64,000 bases of DNA, from NCBI RefSeq assembly GCF_018350175.1, contig NC_058373.1, positions 109,432,001 to 109,496,000 of the forward strand, written 5' to 3'. The DNA is from Felis catus (lineage: Eukaryota). Position numbers and translations under genes: made by a program. The notes below the pieces were generated by a model, which worked only from the letters and a program-made list of their open reading frames with translations, was not told the origin of the DNA and ran no database searches. The first letter of the stretch is position 1, and the number at the start of each line of letters is the position of its first letter. This document shows, piece after piece, positions 24,921-38,560 of this stretch.

Positions 24921-25532
24921 AAAAATGGGAGGCACATAGCAATAACAGAATCCTGATGGCAAACATTGGGAAGACTCCCTGTGCTGGCAGTGGAAGAAGT
25001 TTCTTGAATTGACCCTGATGCTATTCTCCGGGAGGAATTCCTTCATCCCTCAGTCTCCGCTTTTCCTGGCTCAGGTCTGGGAGGTTCTTCTTCCTCATCC
25101 ATTGTCCTCTGTGATACACATCTGAATTAGACCTTTAGGCGCATGTGTTTCTTGGGGACTGTAACACTTTCACAGCCTGCTTCTTGCTTGTACAGTTTTG
25201 GGGGGGCTCAGTGTTGTTTCACAGCTGTAAGCATATCTAGTCCACGTTTGGCATTTCTTTGGACACACAACTCTTTCAAAAATTTACCAGGTTTCTGGTA
25301 ATTTCCGTGTACCAGTAACCATATCCAAGACCAAAGTATGTCTTCCTTAGACGTAATTCTTAAACAGTCTTCATTTGTCTGCTTCTGGTAGCCAATGCCC
25401 TTTTTTCTCAAATTCACAATAGCTACTGGGAGGCCATATGAAGCAGCAGGCTTAGATGCAAGGGACCTGATCTTTGACACATAGCTGATTCTCTTGCTTA
25501 AACAGAGAAATGGGCATTTATGGCTCAAATCC

Positions 25533-25773
25533 TTTTTTTTTTTAACGTTTATTTTTGAGAGAGCGCAAGCAGGGGAGGGGTAGGGGGAGGGGTGTACATT
25601 GGGAAGACCCCCTGTGCTGGCAGTGGAAGAAGTCTGCACCCTCTGTAGAGGATCCAAAGCAGATGTCGCTCTGACAGCAGCGAGCCCCCTGTGGGACTCG
25701 AGCTCATGAACCAGAAGATCATTAACTGAGCCAAAGTCAGACACTCAACTGACTGAGCCACCCAGGTGCCCCC
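25533..25773 (-). mobile_element. Can-SINE interrupted by a non-SINE insert
   Basis: Reverse-complement SINE with AATCCTTTTT on both flanks; the internal segment 25596-25633 matches unique sequence at 24963-25000. Confidence 0.9.
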
Positions 25774-26174
25774 GAATCCTTTTTGAATTGTATCTTCTAT
25801 TTGTGGAATCCAAAAATAATCGATTTTACTCGAGGGGCTCTCTAAGTCCATTAACATTTGTGTTCTATCAAACTCTGCTTAAAAAAAAAACGACCAATTC
25901 AGTTCTTTTCTTTCTTGTAACACCTTGCTAAACACAGTAACAATTAACATACAAGAACGTTCTGGTTTTTCCCAATTTTTTTTTCACATGCTACAAACTC
26001 TGTAGGAACTGTTCACCTTCCAGGCTTCACAGACAATAGTTTTTTAAAAATACAGTTTTGCCACAGGATAACTTAGATCTCTGTCTTTCCAGCCTATCCT
26101 GTTTTCTTACCACCTGCCACTTAACAGCTCAGCCAACAGCACACTATTTTAGGTTTTTGTAATGATGACACCAC

Positions 26175-26540
26175 ACTCAATAGACTAGGATGCTGTAACA
26201 AACAGACCCAAACATCAAATGATTCAAACTATGAGAATTCTGTGTCTTGCTCAGATAACAGATTGGGCAAGTGTTCAGGTTGATGAGATGGTTCTGCTCC
26301 ATGGGGCCATTAAGGATTAACTTTTTTCTGTCTTGTGACTCTTCTGGTACCCAGAATACGGAGGAGTGAAGGCAAGGAGTGGCGGTGTGGGCCAGATCCA
26401 CAAGTGGAATGTGCCACTTCTGTTCACATCTCATTGGAGAGAAGCCAAACCCTCGGCCACACATTATTACGAGAGAGGTTAGCTTTATGCCCAAAGAAAA
26501 AGTGAGCAGATGCTAATGGACACTTAGTAATCTTTGCCAT
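26175..26540 (-). mobile_element. Old MaLR (MLT1-like) LTR
   Basis: ctaggatgctgtaacaaaca...cacttctgttcacatctcattgg motifs. Confidence 0.55.
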
Positions 26541-26579
26541 TATCACGAAGTTGACATTTCTCGCGTCAACTACAATAGG

Positions 26580-27012
26580 CCAGGCGCCTGGGGGGCTCAA
26601 TCAGTTAAGCATCTGACTCTTGATTTCATTTCAACCCAGGTCACGATCTCATGGTTTGTGAGTTTGAGCCCTGCGTCAGGCTCTGTGTGGACATCAGGGA
26701 GCCTGCTTGGAATTCTCTCTCCCTCCCTCTCTCTCTGCCCCTCCCCTGCTTATGCATTCTCTCTCTCTCTCTCAAAATTAAAAAAAAAAAATACTTTAAG
26801 GAAAAAAATACATGGGGCGCTTGGGTGGCTCAGTCGGTTGAGCGTCTGACTCTCAGTTTCGGCTCAGGTCATGATCTCACCAGTTTGTGGGTTCGAGCCC
26901 CACCTCAGGCTCTGTGCTGACAGTGCAGAGCCTGCTTGGGACTCTCTCTCTCCCTCTCTCTCTGCCCCTCCCCCCCAAACAGTAAATAAAGTTCAAAAAA
27001 AATTTTTTTTAA
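26580..27012 (+). mobile_element. Two tandem Can-SINEs (~26580-26800 and 26814-27012)
   Basis: Two heads, two CT tracts and two A-tails in the same orientation. Confidence 0.92.
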
Positions 27013-29504
27013 ATACAGTAGACCCACATGAACAATATGAATTGCCCTAAGCACCATATTTAATTAGGTGTTTGTTCAGCTGCAGATGACATACCTGTAT
27101 TTCCCAAACGTACCTGCTCATCGGAAAAACCTGCTTGTTGAAAATGCAGATTCTTTAGTCCATGCCATAGTTTTAGTCTGCTGTATGAGACCCACTGAGA
27201 GAAAGAGCTGTCGATATAAATTTCAACAAGCATCCTAAGTGTTTCTTATTAGATGGACTCTATTAAACTGCCATTTTACAGTTCAAAATCTTCTGGATTT
27301 CCTAAGTTCATGTAGTTCAATCTAATGTAATTTAGCAGGTTCAGAAAACCTTTCTTTATACTGTAAAGATGCCTATAAATCCAGTTTAAGAGGAATAACT
27401 CCATGATAATACATCAATCATTAAAAAGCAACTTAAAAATAGATATCCACATATATAATTTCTTGACTTGGGAGTTTCTAACAGGGAAAATTGTGTAAAA
27501 CAGAAGAGGCCCTTAGAGCCTCTCAGAAACAAGTAGCAAATGCCTAAATGAGGACTAGAGTGTTCTCATCAAAGATATGCCCTCAGAATTCAGGCTGGGG
27601 CTCGGAGAGACCCTGGAAGAAAGAGAACGTACAAGGCTGAGAATCAGAAGGGCTGATGGGAGAGGGCTGGGGTGAGGAGGGGAGCCTCCGAGCTCAGAAC
27701 GGAGATGAGTAGAAATTGTAAAAAAGCAGACAGGGGGCTGACTAAGCAAACTGAGGCGCCCCAGCGCCAGCTGCTGGGAGAAAAGCCTGGGCTGTGACTG
27801 ACGTGGCCCCACAACCGTGAACCCCTGTTCGTAGAGCCTGCTGTCTGTAAAACACCCATCAGCCTGGAAGACGTTCAGTGGCCTCATCGAGGGAAAATCA
27901 GAGAACACCTCCTCTCGTGGGAAGAAGCAAAGGGGTCTTGAAAAACAGGAAGGAGCCTGGGACCCTTGGGGTGGTTTTTGGTGCAGCTCTGCATGTCTTG
28001 GACACTATTTATTGTTCTTCCATATCCACCCAGCCCTACGATTATGAAATGAACATAAACATCTGTTTCCCCTTGGCCAATCCTTCTGTTCTTCATGCTT
28101 TGACCTACATTTGGGAAAAAGGAGAAAAAACAAAAATGGAAAACCTCCTAAGCTGCAATCACTGAGAGTCCAGAAAGGCTACTTCTTGGGCTAGAATCTG
28201 GTTCCTGAAAGAGATAGCATGTCAATTTGGGGGGAGGCAGAAATTTCAGAACTGGGGCTCAGGCACCCTTCCTGGGTCAACCAGTTGACAAACAGTGCTG
28301 CTAGTGGGGACCAAGTCTTCCTTTGGAGTTTCTCCAGCTGTTTTAATACACATTCGTAAGCCAAGCCTCAGAATGCAATTCTCCTCGCCAACAGGGGAGA
28401 AACGATGTTCTGTGAGGCCTGAGCAGAATGAAACATAGGGAGCAAAATTGCCTCCAAATCCTTTTGCAGTCATGTCTACAGTTGATTAATAAAAACAGCA
28501 ATTCACTAATGCTATTCAGCTAAGGATGTAATATGTGCCAAGCAAGCCCTGTGTTATTTTGCTATCTTCTTTGGGCCTCACGTCATCTCTAGGTAGCGAA
28601 AGTCTCCTTTCACCTGGCAGAAAGGATTCCAACCTATCAGCTCGAAGGTTATCTCTTCAGTGAGGCCAAACCACTCTGATTCAATTGGGCTTCCTTTCGA
28701 GACCTCCTTATTTCCTCTGTAGTTACTATCTCATTTATTTAATTGTCCATTTCTTGTCTCCCTCTAGAATATACACTTCACAATGGCAAGCTTCCTTCTG
28801 TCTTGTTTACTCTATGTCTCAATGCTGGGGAATGAGCCTAGGACACAATAGACACTCAGAAATGTCTACTGAATGATTGCTTGAATGAATGAATGAATGA
28901 CACCTGAGAGTCTCACAGTGCACTTACACTAAGTGTAAGTGTGTGAATAGTCAGGATTATAGTCAGGACTGACAGAATAGTCAGTCATTCTGTGTGAATA
29001 GTCAGGATAATTTTCTGTGTTGAAAGGATGTATCCTAAGCATCATAAACACACATTCAGAAATGTTGTATTGGCTTCGTTTAGAACTTGTAAAGCAATTT
29101 TATTTTTCTTGGGGAAAAAAATCCAAAAGATTTTGTTCTGGTCAAATTTCAATCTTGTGAGTTCTGAGTGATTAAACTAGGCAAAAAGTTGTTTTCCTAT
29201 TTATATAAGGCATTTCTGTTTTATCTCTGTTTTTCAGGATGTTATGTACTAGAGGCAAAAAGAAAAACTTAATTCCTTAAAGTATGTGCTGTTTAACTTT
29301 CTTTTCAGATAGGAGATTAGTTATGAGGAAAAACAGTGAGTCGATCATCTCCTAAATGTATAACAGGGGTAAAACTCCTAGGAATTATGATTGATACTTA
29401 TAAAATGTAATCATTCGGTAGCTAGAAAGTATACTAATTTTCAGCTGATATGCTTGCAAGAAATGCAATGAACATGTTCGTATATATTAATAATGAGGCT
29501 TTTT

Positions 29505-29662
29505 AATGATCTCACAGTTCATGAGATCTAGCCCCACATTGGGCTCTGCACTGACAACACGGAGCCTGCTTGGGATTCTCTCTCTCCCTCTCTCTCTGCC
29601 CCTTCCCTGCTCATGTGTGCACTCTGTCTTTCCCAAAGGAAGTAAATAGACCTTTAAAAAAA
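29505..29662 (+). mobile_element. 5'-truncated Can-SINE
   Basis: Starts at atgatctcacag; AATAATGAGGC on both flanks. Confidence 0.85.
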
Positions 29663-29719
29663 TAATGAGGCATTTTATACTTGTCAAAGTGAAAGTTATT
29701 AGAAGAAAACTGGCTATGG

Positions 29720-29759
<40 letters not shown>

Positions 29760-31774
29760 CCCCCGCCCAAGACTCCTTTCTGCTCATGTTGGATACACAT
29801 GTACTGTGAGCCCTACATGCATCTTTCCTCAACCAAAATGAATTTTGCATGACACTTGCCATAGTTCAAGCTGGTAAATACGAACCTTAAGAATGTTCAA
29901 CAGTAAATGTGTTTTTAACCGAACTTTTCAAAAGAGAGGATTAATGTTAAATCTTAAGTGTCAATATTAGGCACAAACTTGACTGTAGAGGTTTAATGCT
30001 ATTCATTCCGTTCATTTACCCTCTTAATAATTCTCCCTATCAAGTCCTTCCTTTTAGATAAACTGAATCCATCAGGCAGCAGATCGAAGCTACTTTCACT
30101 CAAGCTCAGCAAAGATGGAAAAATCCTTAGTAGTATCATCCTCAGAATGATGGCTCTTAATGTATTTGAAAGTGGAGGAAATTTTCGTATAATACACCCA
30201 GCTCTTTCCAGCTCCTTTCAGAGAGACCTGACCTTGTATTTCCCCATTTTTCATGGGTAGCTTCTCACAAATTCAGTTTACATCAATCGCGAATAACTTG
30301 CATTTCAAATCCATAGCTGACACACAGTAGCTTGTGTAATGGTTTGGTAGGAATGGAGATCTCACCAAAATAGTTAGGTACAGTCCTAACAGGATATAAA
30401 AGTCTAAACTAAATCTTTTCAAGGACTTCTATCTTGTTTCCTTTTTCACCTGTTATTTAAATGAAGTTAGGTCAATCGGACTAATGTAAAGGACTGAAGT
30501 CACCAATATGAGAGTACTACATTTCTCTCCCAGCATTTTAATAAACCTCTATTAAGTTATTCCCAGGTTTATCTGCATTATAATATTGTGTTGAGTTTCA
30601 AAATACCAGATTTCTGCAAATCCCCAAATTAATCTCGGCTCCATAGGTTTAAACATGTTTTGGTATTACAGGAGACCTTTGGTTCCCTGTGGTTACCAGA
30701 GATCACTGTGTTTTACAGTACTGAATACCCTCTCCTTGTAATAGATCCACTAGTCTTACTAGGATTTAGTATGTAATAGACTACAAATCATCCTGAATGA
30801 CTTTTATGCTTCATTTAGCTCCTACCAGTTAACCCATTAAAAGCTTCTTTAGCCAGACATCCTATTTGGCAACCTCAGCAATTACTATAGATTGAATTTC
30901 AGTTTCACAAAAGACATCCTATTCCAGGGTAGTCTAGCACTCAGTGGATTTTTCTGGATCCTGGGAGAATCTTAGGCTCTAAGCTCTAGGAGTCCTGGAA
31001 TACTTACAAGAGATCATGAGTTATTTTGGACCCTACTGCATCATCAACTAACCTTAACTATAGTAATCTACACAGGAAAAGAAATCACTTCACATCACGC
31101 CTAGTTCTGTATGTGGGTCCTCAAATGATTTCCAAGCTTTCAAGGGTTAGATGTCCAAGTGTTAGAGCTTACTGTGGTGAAGGAGTGAAGGAAGTCAGAA
31201 ACAAACAGAAACATGACTTTCAAAGCATCTACACAACATTTGAGAGCCCATTTTGTTTGCTTTCAGTGTCACAAGGAGCTAGTAAACTCTCCGTGGTGTT
31301 CCTTTCTGATGACATCACTGCCTCAGCTTTCCCATCTTTTACCACCTCGTGAACAGTTTCAATGCCTCTTCCCTGTGACAGGAGGAAGAGTTTCTATTCT
31401 ACTGACAGTGACACTTAGCTCCAATTTTCAGCCAATGTCTGCTTACTCCCACAAACCCTACCATTAACTCAGAGCCCAGAGAAAAAGCACCACATAAAGC
31501 ATATTGAGGGTGAGAAGGATCAGCCCGCAGAGTGATCTAATTGTCCGTTAAAAGTTGTTACTATTTTTCTATTTCTTTGTAAGTGGACACCCTACAACCT
31601 TTAAGCAAAGTATCTGAAAATGGGGACTTCAGAGGGTTTAATGCACATTTTTTTTTCTTTTCAAGGTTCTTAAAATCAATAATCTGCTGTTGAAAGATAT
31701 ATGACATTCTCAAGAAAGAGCCTCAGGAAAATTGTTTTCGTTCTTATTTAGTCTTCCCATGTTCTTCTACTTTT

Positions 31775-31982
31775 TAAAACATTTCTTAATGTTTATTTTT
31801 AAGAGAGAGAGGAAGGGGGGGGGGGGGGGAAGGGCAGAGAAAGAGGAAGACAGAATCTGAAGCAGGCTCCAGGCTCTAAGCTGTCAGCGCAGAGCCCAAT
31901 GCAGAGCTTGAACCCACGAACCATGAGATCGTGACCTGAGCCTAAGTCAGACGCTTAACTGACTGAGCCACTCAGGTGCCCC
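31775..31982 (-). mobile_element. Can-SINE with a poly-G run
   Basis: Reverse-complement SINE ending ctgagccactcaggtgccc. Confidence 0.92.
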
Positions 31983-34210
31983 TCCTACTTCTTCTTTAAA
32001 GGATTTCAAACTTTTCTTTGGTACGTGCATGAAGGTTTCCTCCCCCTCTGCGGAACCTCCATACAGTGACTTCTACATGAAAGGGAATGTACATCTTCTA
32101 AGAGAAAGGCAGTGGTATATGAACTTGACAAGCTGCCAAATTTCATGCTAATACTATTTAAATTTAGTCCTTTATTAGGGAAAAAAAGACTTTAGAAATA
32201 CTTTAATGGTATATGTGAGAATCATAGAAATTCAGTTATGGTAATTATAGCGTGATGTAAAAGAACTCAGAAAAGACTGCATATTTCTGCCTCGGTGAAT
32301 GAATCAGCGATTCAGAAGGAATAATGCAAGTCTGCCCCTGAGCAATGTCTGTCCAATCTTTGGAAAGAGAAAATTGAGCAAAATTTTTCTCCATAATTCT
32401 CCCAGGACAGGGTTCTTTCAGCCCCAAACTCGTGGTACTTTTTCCACTAAGATCCACTGGGATCCTTTCTTCAGGACAGATGGTGATCCTCCCCTGTTAC
32501 TCCCCAAATTCCTGCTTTTCTCTCATTTGAACATCAAGTCTCAGAAACATAATATTTCTTGTATTCTAGGGATGAAGACAAGCACAGGAATGCCTGGTCC
32601 CTGGAGTCTCTGACTGGGTAACTCCATCCCACTCCCCAGGGAAGGTGCTGTTTGAAAGTAGGGGCTGGAGTTCTGTTCCGTTAAATCAGAGTAGGCTCTT
32701 TTCATGAGAACCACATGTTCTCAGAAAACATCCAAGTGTGGCCTGAATTACAAAAGGCTGCCAAACTCCTTCCTCCTTCATGCACACTGTCCCTCAAGGA
32801 CCAAAGATGTAGGCATTCAAAAGGCAGAAGTGGATTTTTTTTACTAAAGAATCTAGCCTTACGCCTATCTCTAAGTATCTATATTGTTGTGCTTGGTCTC
32901 TTGAAGCAGTAAAATCCCCCAAGCTTTCCTCGTCCATCTCTGCTGTCTCTCGGTGCTGTGAATACCCTCCTTAAAATAGCTGCTTTTCTCCCCTCTGCCA
33001 AGTTGCTTCTCCTAATAAGCAAGGCTCTTTCCTCCATCACATTTGGGCTTATAGTAGGCACTGGCTTATAAATGCTAATTATATTTCTAACACCAAAGAA
33101 AGGAGGTAGCACCTTTTCCAGGGTGAGGAACACAGTGGATGCCCTACTGATGAGAAGTGCTTCACATGTCTCCACGGACGCCCAAGATGATTGTCTTAAA
33201 ACGTAAATGAAGGAGTTAGACTAGACAGGTTTAAAAATGACATTGCTGTACAATTTCCAAAGTGGTTTTGGCCTCTCCCCCTTCAAAGGATCTGAGATGA
33301 TTTGGGTGTGAATGGACCCACTTCATTATGGGAGCAGCCTGGTATTGTGTTCGGTCTGAAGGTCAAGAGAACAAAGGCGGAGGAATGCATATTCTTCAAA
33401 ACAGGTTTTATTTCTTGCTCTCCTCACCTCTGTGTATCTGGAGAACAAAAAAAAGGAGCTAGGGAGGAGAGAAGGAAGGACACGGAGTAGCCCCTCCTGC
33501 TCTAAGCTCACCTATCATTGTTGACGATCAGTGCCAAGAATGAGTAAGAACAAAATTTGGGGCTCGGGGGCAGATAAATGGACCTTAAATTTGCTTCTCC
33601 TGGAATTCAGAGGTGAAAGCCATTTGTGAAGATGTTGGAGGCACCTCCAAGTGTTAGCCATACTGCTGCATACAGTGGAAAAATAGGAAATTGTGATCAA
33701 TCATGCGGACTATTGCTAGAGTAGGACCTATTAGTCTAAGAAAGAGATCTTATGGTTCTGCCTGTCTCTAGATCCCCACCACATCTCTCTGCAGTCAACT
33801 CCCAGCATCGATAGATGCCCTTCCTTGGAGTTACGGATGTCTTTTCTCTCATTTCCATCCAAGTTCTGCATTTACGCATGACATTTTTATCAAATGCCCT
33901 ACTCTACCATCATCCTAGGTGATCCACAGAGGTGCACAGAATGGGGGAGCACATTCAGTGAGTTGATTATTGCCCAAAAGCTTCATTCTATCACCCACGA
34001 ATCAGTGTTTTCCTCCCAGGGAGGTTACTGTCTGCAATTCCATGAGAAACTTGTGAATTAGTCATAGAGGCTAACTTTCATAGCAATTTTATCAACTGAA
34101 GGCTGGCAGCAATGTTTTCAATATGAGCATTCCAACCTTGAACTTCATGGACATCTCTGGAAGACTGAAATAAGTGCAATCCAACTCATTGTTGATAATT
34201 TGCGTGTCTC

Positions 34211-34241
<31 letters not shown>

Positions 34242-34446
34242 AAGACAGACAGAGACAGAGACAGAAACAGATGTAGAAGACAAAGGGAGAGAAACCCCAA
34301 CTCTCTTGGTAGAAAAAAGACGGAAGGATATATATTAACATATTCCTTATGTATTACCATTACATAGGTAACTCTGTTTTTCCAGATTATGGTTCATCCC
34401 GACAAGATAGCTTCAATATATTTGTTTTTAAGAAAAGATGGTATTA

Positions 34447-34668
34447 GGGACAGCTAGCTGGCTCAGTTGGTCAAGCATCAAACTTCAGCCCAGGTCATGA
34501 TCTCATGGTTCATGAGTTCAAGCCCTGCGCCAGGCTCTGCGCTGACAGCTCAGAGCCTGGAGCCTGCTTCAGATTCTGTGTCTCCCTCTCTCTCTGCCCC
34601 TCCCCCACTCGCATACGTGCACACATGCACACATCCTCTCTACCAAAAAGAAACATTTTTCAAAAAGA
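34447..34668 (+). mobile_element. Can-SINE
   Basis: 17-bp TSD AAGAAAAGATGGTATTA at 34430-34446 and 34669-34685. Confidence 0.93.
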
Positions 34669-36529
34669 AAGAAAAGATGGTATTATACTTAAAACTCTTT
34701 AAAAATGTCTATAGTCCCATTTCATAGTCCAATTTCATTCCACCAGGAAAGCCGCTAAAAATAGCTTGTTGAGCAAATTTATTACCACCATAACTCTCTC
34801 TAACACATAATTCTGCATTGAAACCAGGTGTCTAGGAAGTAACCTGTCTTCTTAATAACACAGCATTGTAGTGGTCCCGAGGCAACTAATCTATATTAGC
34901 CAAACATCCCCAAGAAATCACAAATTGTATAATGCACATGAACATATTTTGTGTGTTGGAAAACACTATCAAATGTTACTGTTTCCTACTTTAATAAATC
35001 ACTTTATTTATTAAATGCACCACAATGTAGAATGACATAAAATGTCACTAGCCACAAAGTACAGCAATAGCATAAAAGCAAATACGTCTTCTATCCCCAG
35101 CACTGCATCTCTAAGAACGCAGTTCATCCTGATTTGTTCCTTCACACATTCATAAGCAATATGGATGTGTGAGTGCCAGAAATAGGGCTCCGAACTGGAG
35201 ATAAATGCTTCACGTACTGTAACTTGTACATACAGCCCGCCTGTTCCTTTTATGGGTGGAAATGCCTCAAGACTGTTGGCATTATCTCAGCAGCAGGTGT
35301 GAGGAGGGGCTGAGAGAGGGTCTCCATGGCCCAGCTCACCCAGCTGTAGTACCAGAAGAATCGTTTCTAATCAAGAATGTAAATCCATTTTTACGATCTT
35401 AAAAAGACTCACAATAAGAACATTTGGATATTAAAACACTCTATTCTAAAGACATAATTGTAATTGTGCTGTTTACTCTTGATAATATACCTCAAACAAC
35501 CTATTGCCTAGTGAAGGTTCCAGGCCTACTTTATACCAAATGCACAGAGTACTTAATAAATACAATTAGTCCCTACTAGGGTAGATCCAGAATTTGGCTG
35601 TTTGGAAGATTGTGTTAGTTTCTTTCTTGATTTCCTAGAATTCTCTGACTTCTAAGCTAAGCCTCACCGTTTTCCTGTACCCCCATCCTGGAGCCTCTTG
35701 CCAGCTCCCAGGATTGTTCCTCACACCCTCAACCCATCACAATTTGGGAAGTGATGGAGGTCAATCTTCAAGGAAAGGCATTTTTCCCAACTGCATCCAA
35801 CTATCACTTAAACAATTGTTATCACTTTTACACCTAATTAAGATACAGTTGGAAGTTGATGGTGGAGAGAAATTTTCTATGGAAGCAATATAAGTTGCCT
35901 CTAGCTTTCCACAAGAGGGTTGTATTTGCTACCAAAGAAAGGAAGACAAACAATTAACTTGTAATAATCTCATCCCTGTTTTCACAAATAATGACATCTT
36001 TAACTTCTCAATTTTAACTCTAAAATGCCTATTGAGAGCTTGGGAAAATCAATTTAATATTTGTATATTCTGTAAAAGTTTTATATTTACATATTGGGGC
36101 TTCTGACATGACCATGATGCCAATTTTCTCCTCTTCCTGAAAACCATCTAAAAGGGAAAAAATGGTAAAAAATATATATATATATATAAACTATATTTCT
36201 AGTAAAACTAGGACATAAATTCCAAAATATTTTTAAAAGGGTGCCCCAAACAGCAGAATTCACTGAAGAAAAAAGGAAGGAGGGAGAAAGAAGTTGAGGA
36301 GATAGAGCCCAGTGGTGACAGGTCTCAAAAACCACAAACAAAAATACACTTTTTAAGGTGAGAGACACATGTAGAAGAGAAAAAATGATATACCATGTAT
36401 GTAAAGGAGTGTGTGCAGAAAAGAGAAGAAACTGAGGGTTTTACAAGCCTCCATAGACCTAGTTCAGACTGTGGAGGCTAGTCATGAAGAATCATATGGA
36501 TAAAGCCATGTGCAAGAGATATTTATTCC

Positions 36530-37385
36530 AAGTATTTAAGGACACTTCAATATTAGAAAATCTATTCATAAAATTCATCATATTAATAGGTCTAAGGAGA
36601 AGAACAGTATAGTCATCACAAAGATTGACAAAGCATTATAAAAATTAATATTAAAATTTGATTTAATAACAACAGCAAAATAGGGAATTGATGCTGTGAT
36701 AGCCTCCAAAGACAACCATTGCCAATTCCTCCCCTCTTTCTATAAATATGTCACTCCACCATCATGAGGTAGAGTTTATTCCCCAGCCCACAGATCTCAG
36801 CTGGACCTGTGACTGCCTTGCCCAAAGGCATGAAGAGAAATTGATTTTCTAACACATTGGAGCCTAGGATTTCCTTCCTCATAGACCCAATTGTCAATGC
36901 AGTGAAGCCCAAGCTATATGGAAAAAAGAAGAACTAAGGCACTCTGGTCAATAGCTCTAGCTGAGCCTCCTTACAATGTAGCACCAACTGATACACATGT
37001 GCATGAGCCACCTTGGTAGCTCCAACTTAGTCAAGCCTCCAGGCAAGCTGAGGTATGATAAAGCAGAAAAACTGACCAACCAAGCCCAGTTAAGTCATAG
37101 AAGCATGAGATAATAAAGTGATTATTATTTTAAGTCTCTAAATTTTGGTGTGTCTTCTTATGCAGCAATAGGCAACTTAAACACACAAGGATTTTGTTTA
37201 TATATCTATCTTAGTCTAAAAGCCATCATCATGCTCAATAGGGAAAGGTGAAAAATATTTCCACTGAAGTCAGGATTAAGGTAAACATTCCCATATTGCC
37301 ATTGCTATTTAACATCTTATGGGAGGTATAGGATGATGCACTTGGATGAGAGAAAAATATTAGAGGTATTTTCCAAAAAAAAAAG
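36530..37385 (+). mobile_element. Old L1 ORF2 fragment interrupted by an MLT1-like LTR (~36695-37182)
   Basis: L1-like ttcaatattagaaaatctat...catattaatagg and ttccactgaagtcaggattaag...ctatttaacat flank an LTR ending tatgcagcaataggcaact. Confidence 0.6.
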
Positions 37386-37781
37386 GTTTATTCTCTCACA
37401 TCCATCCATTCTGGTCTCTTTGCTATTCCTTGAACGCACATTTCCCCTTTAGAGATATTGTTCTTGCTGTTCCCCCTGTCTGGTCCTTGTGCCCCAATAA
37501 CCATGTGACTGGCTTGCTCACTTCCCTCAGGAATCCACTCAAATGTTACTTTATCAGCAAGGTCTTTCTCAATCACACTGTATAATAATGAACTACTCTC
37601 CACTCACCTTGCATTTATAACCACCTAGAATACTGCACGCACATATGTGTGCACTCACACATCACATTCTTATATCATTTGTCTAGTAAGATGAGGGGCC
37701 ATACCTCTAGCATTTAGAAGAATGCTTGGCACTCAATAAATATCTTCTGAATGAATGAATGAACATTTACAATAGTATGGG

Positions 37782-37838
37782 GTTTTTTTGTTTGTTTTTT
37801 GATGTTTTATTTATTTTTGAGAGAGAGAGAGAGAGAGA

Positions 37839-37875
<37 letters not shown>

Positions 37876-38030
37876 GGGGATGGGAAGAGAGAATGGGAGA
37901 CAGAATTCAAAGCAGGCTCTTGGCTCTTAGTTGTCAGCACAGAGCCCGACACGGGGCTCAAACCCACGAACTGTGATCATGACCTGAGCCGAAGTTGGAT
38001 GCTTAACCAATTGAGCCACCCAGGCACCCC
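37782..38030 (-). mobile_element. Can-SINE with (GA)n and (TG)n tracts
   Basis: Reverse-complement SINE ending gagccacccaggcacccc. Confidence 0.92.
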
Positions 38031-38414
38031 ACAAGGTTATGTTGCTTTGTAATTGTTTTTATATGTTGGCTCTTCCTTAATTCCCAAAATTATTTGTATC
38101 CATCTCTACCTTTTTCCTGTGATTTTATGGGTCCTTTATAGTGGATATTACAGCATGTTTATGAAAAAGCACAGAAAATTGACCGGTTGCATAATTCAGT
38201 GAACCCAACCATCTTGCTGGGTGACATTAACAGCTAGTCAAATAAATCAAAATCACTCTCTTTATAACATGCCATGCTTGAGCTGTCATTTTTCCTGGCT
38301 ATATGGGCAAAGAACTAGCCATGCTTTTGCAAACTTTTATCATATAATTATCTTGCATAGCCATGTTAGGAATGGATGCATACGTATGTAGAATAGTCAA
38401 GAAGATGTGCTTTT

Positions 38415-38529
38415 GGAGCACCTGTCTGACTTGGTCAGTGAAGCATACTACTCTTGATCTCAGGGTTGTGGGTTCATGCCCCATGTTGGGTGTAGAGATG
38501 ACTTAAAAATAAAATCTTTAAAGAAGAAG

Positions 38530-38559
<30 letters not shown>
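38415..38559 (+). mobile_element. Short, older-type Can-SINE with an (AAG)13 tail
   Basis: ggagcacctg...actcttgatctcagggttgtgggttca...tgtagagatgacttaaaaataaaatc body, then a pure AAG repeat at 38521-38559. Confidence 0.85.

Positions 38560-38560
<1 letters not shown>

Noticed and set aside
25208..25857. 178-aa and 102-aa minus-strand ORFs
   Set aside because: They run through a SINE and flanking intron with no coding hallmarks. The same applies to the many other ORFs containing GAWVAQ, AQVMIS, LSLSL or THTHT.
28940..29008. Short repeats with spacers, superficially CRISPR-like
   Set aside because: Eukaryotic context, only two 18-bp copies, irregular spacing and no cas genes.
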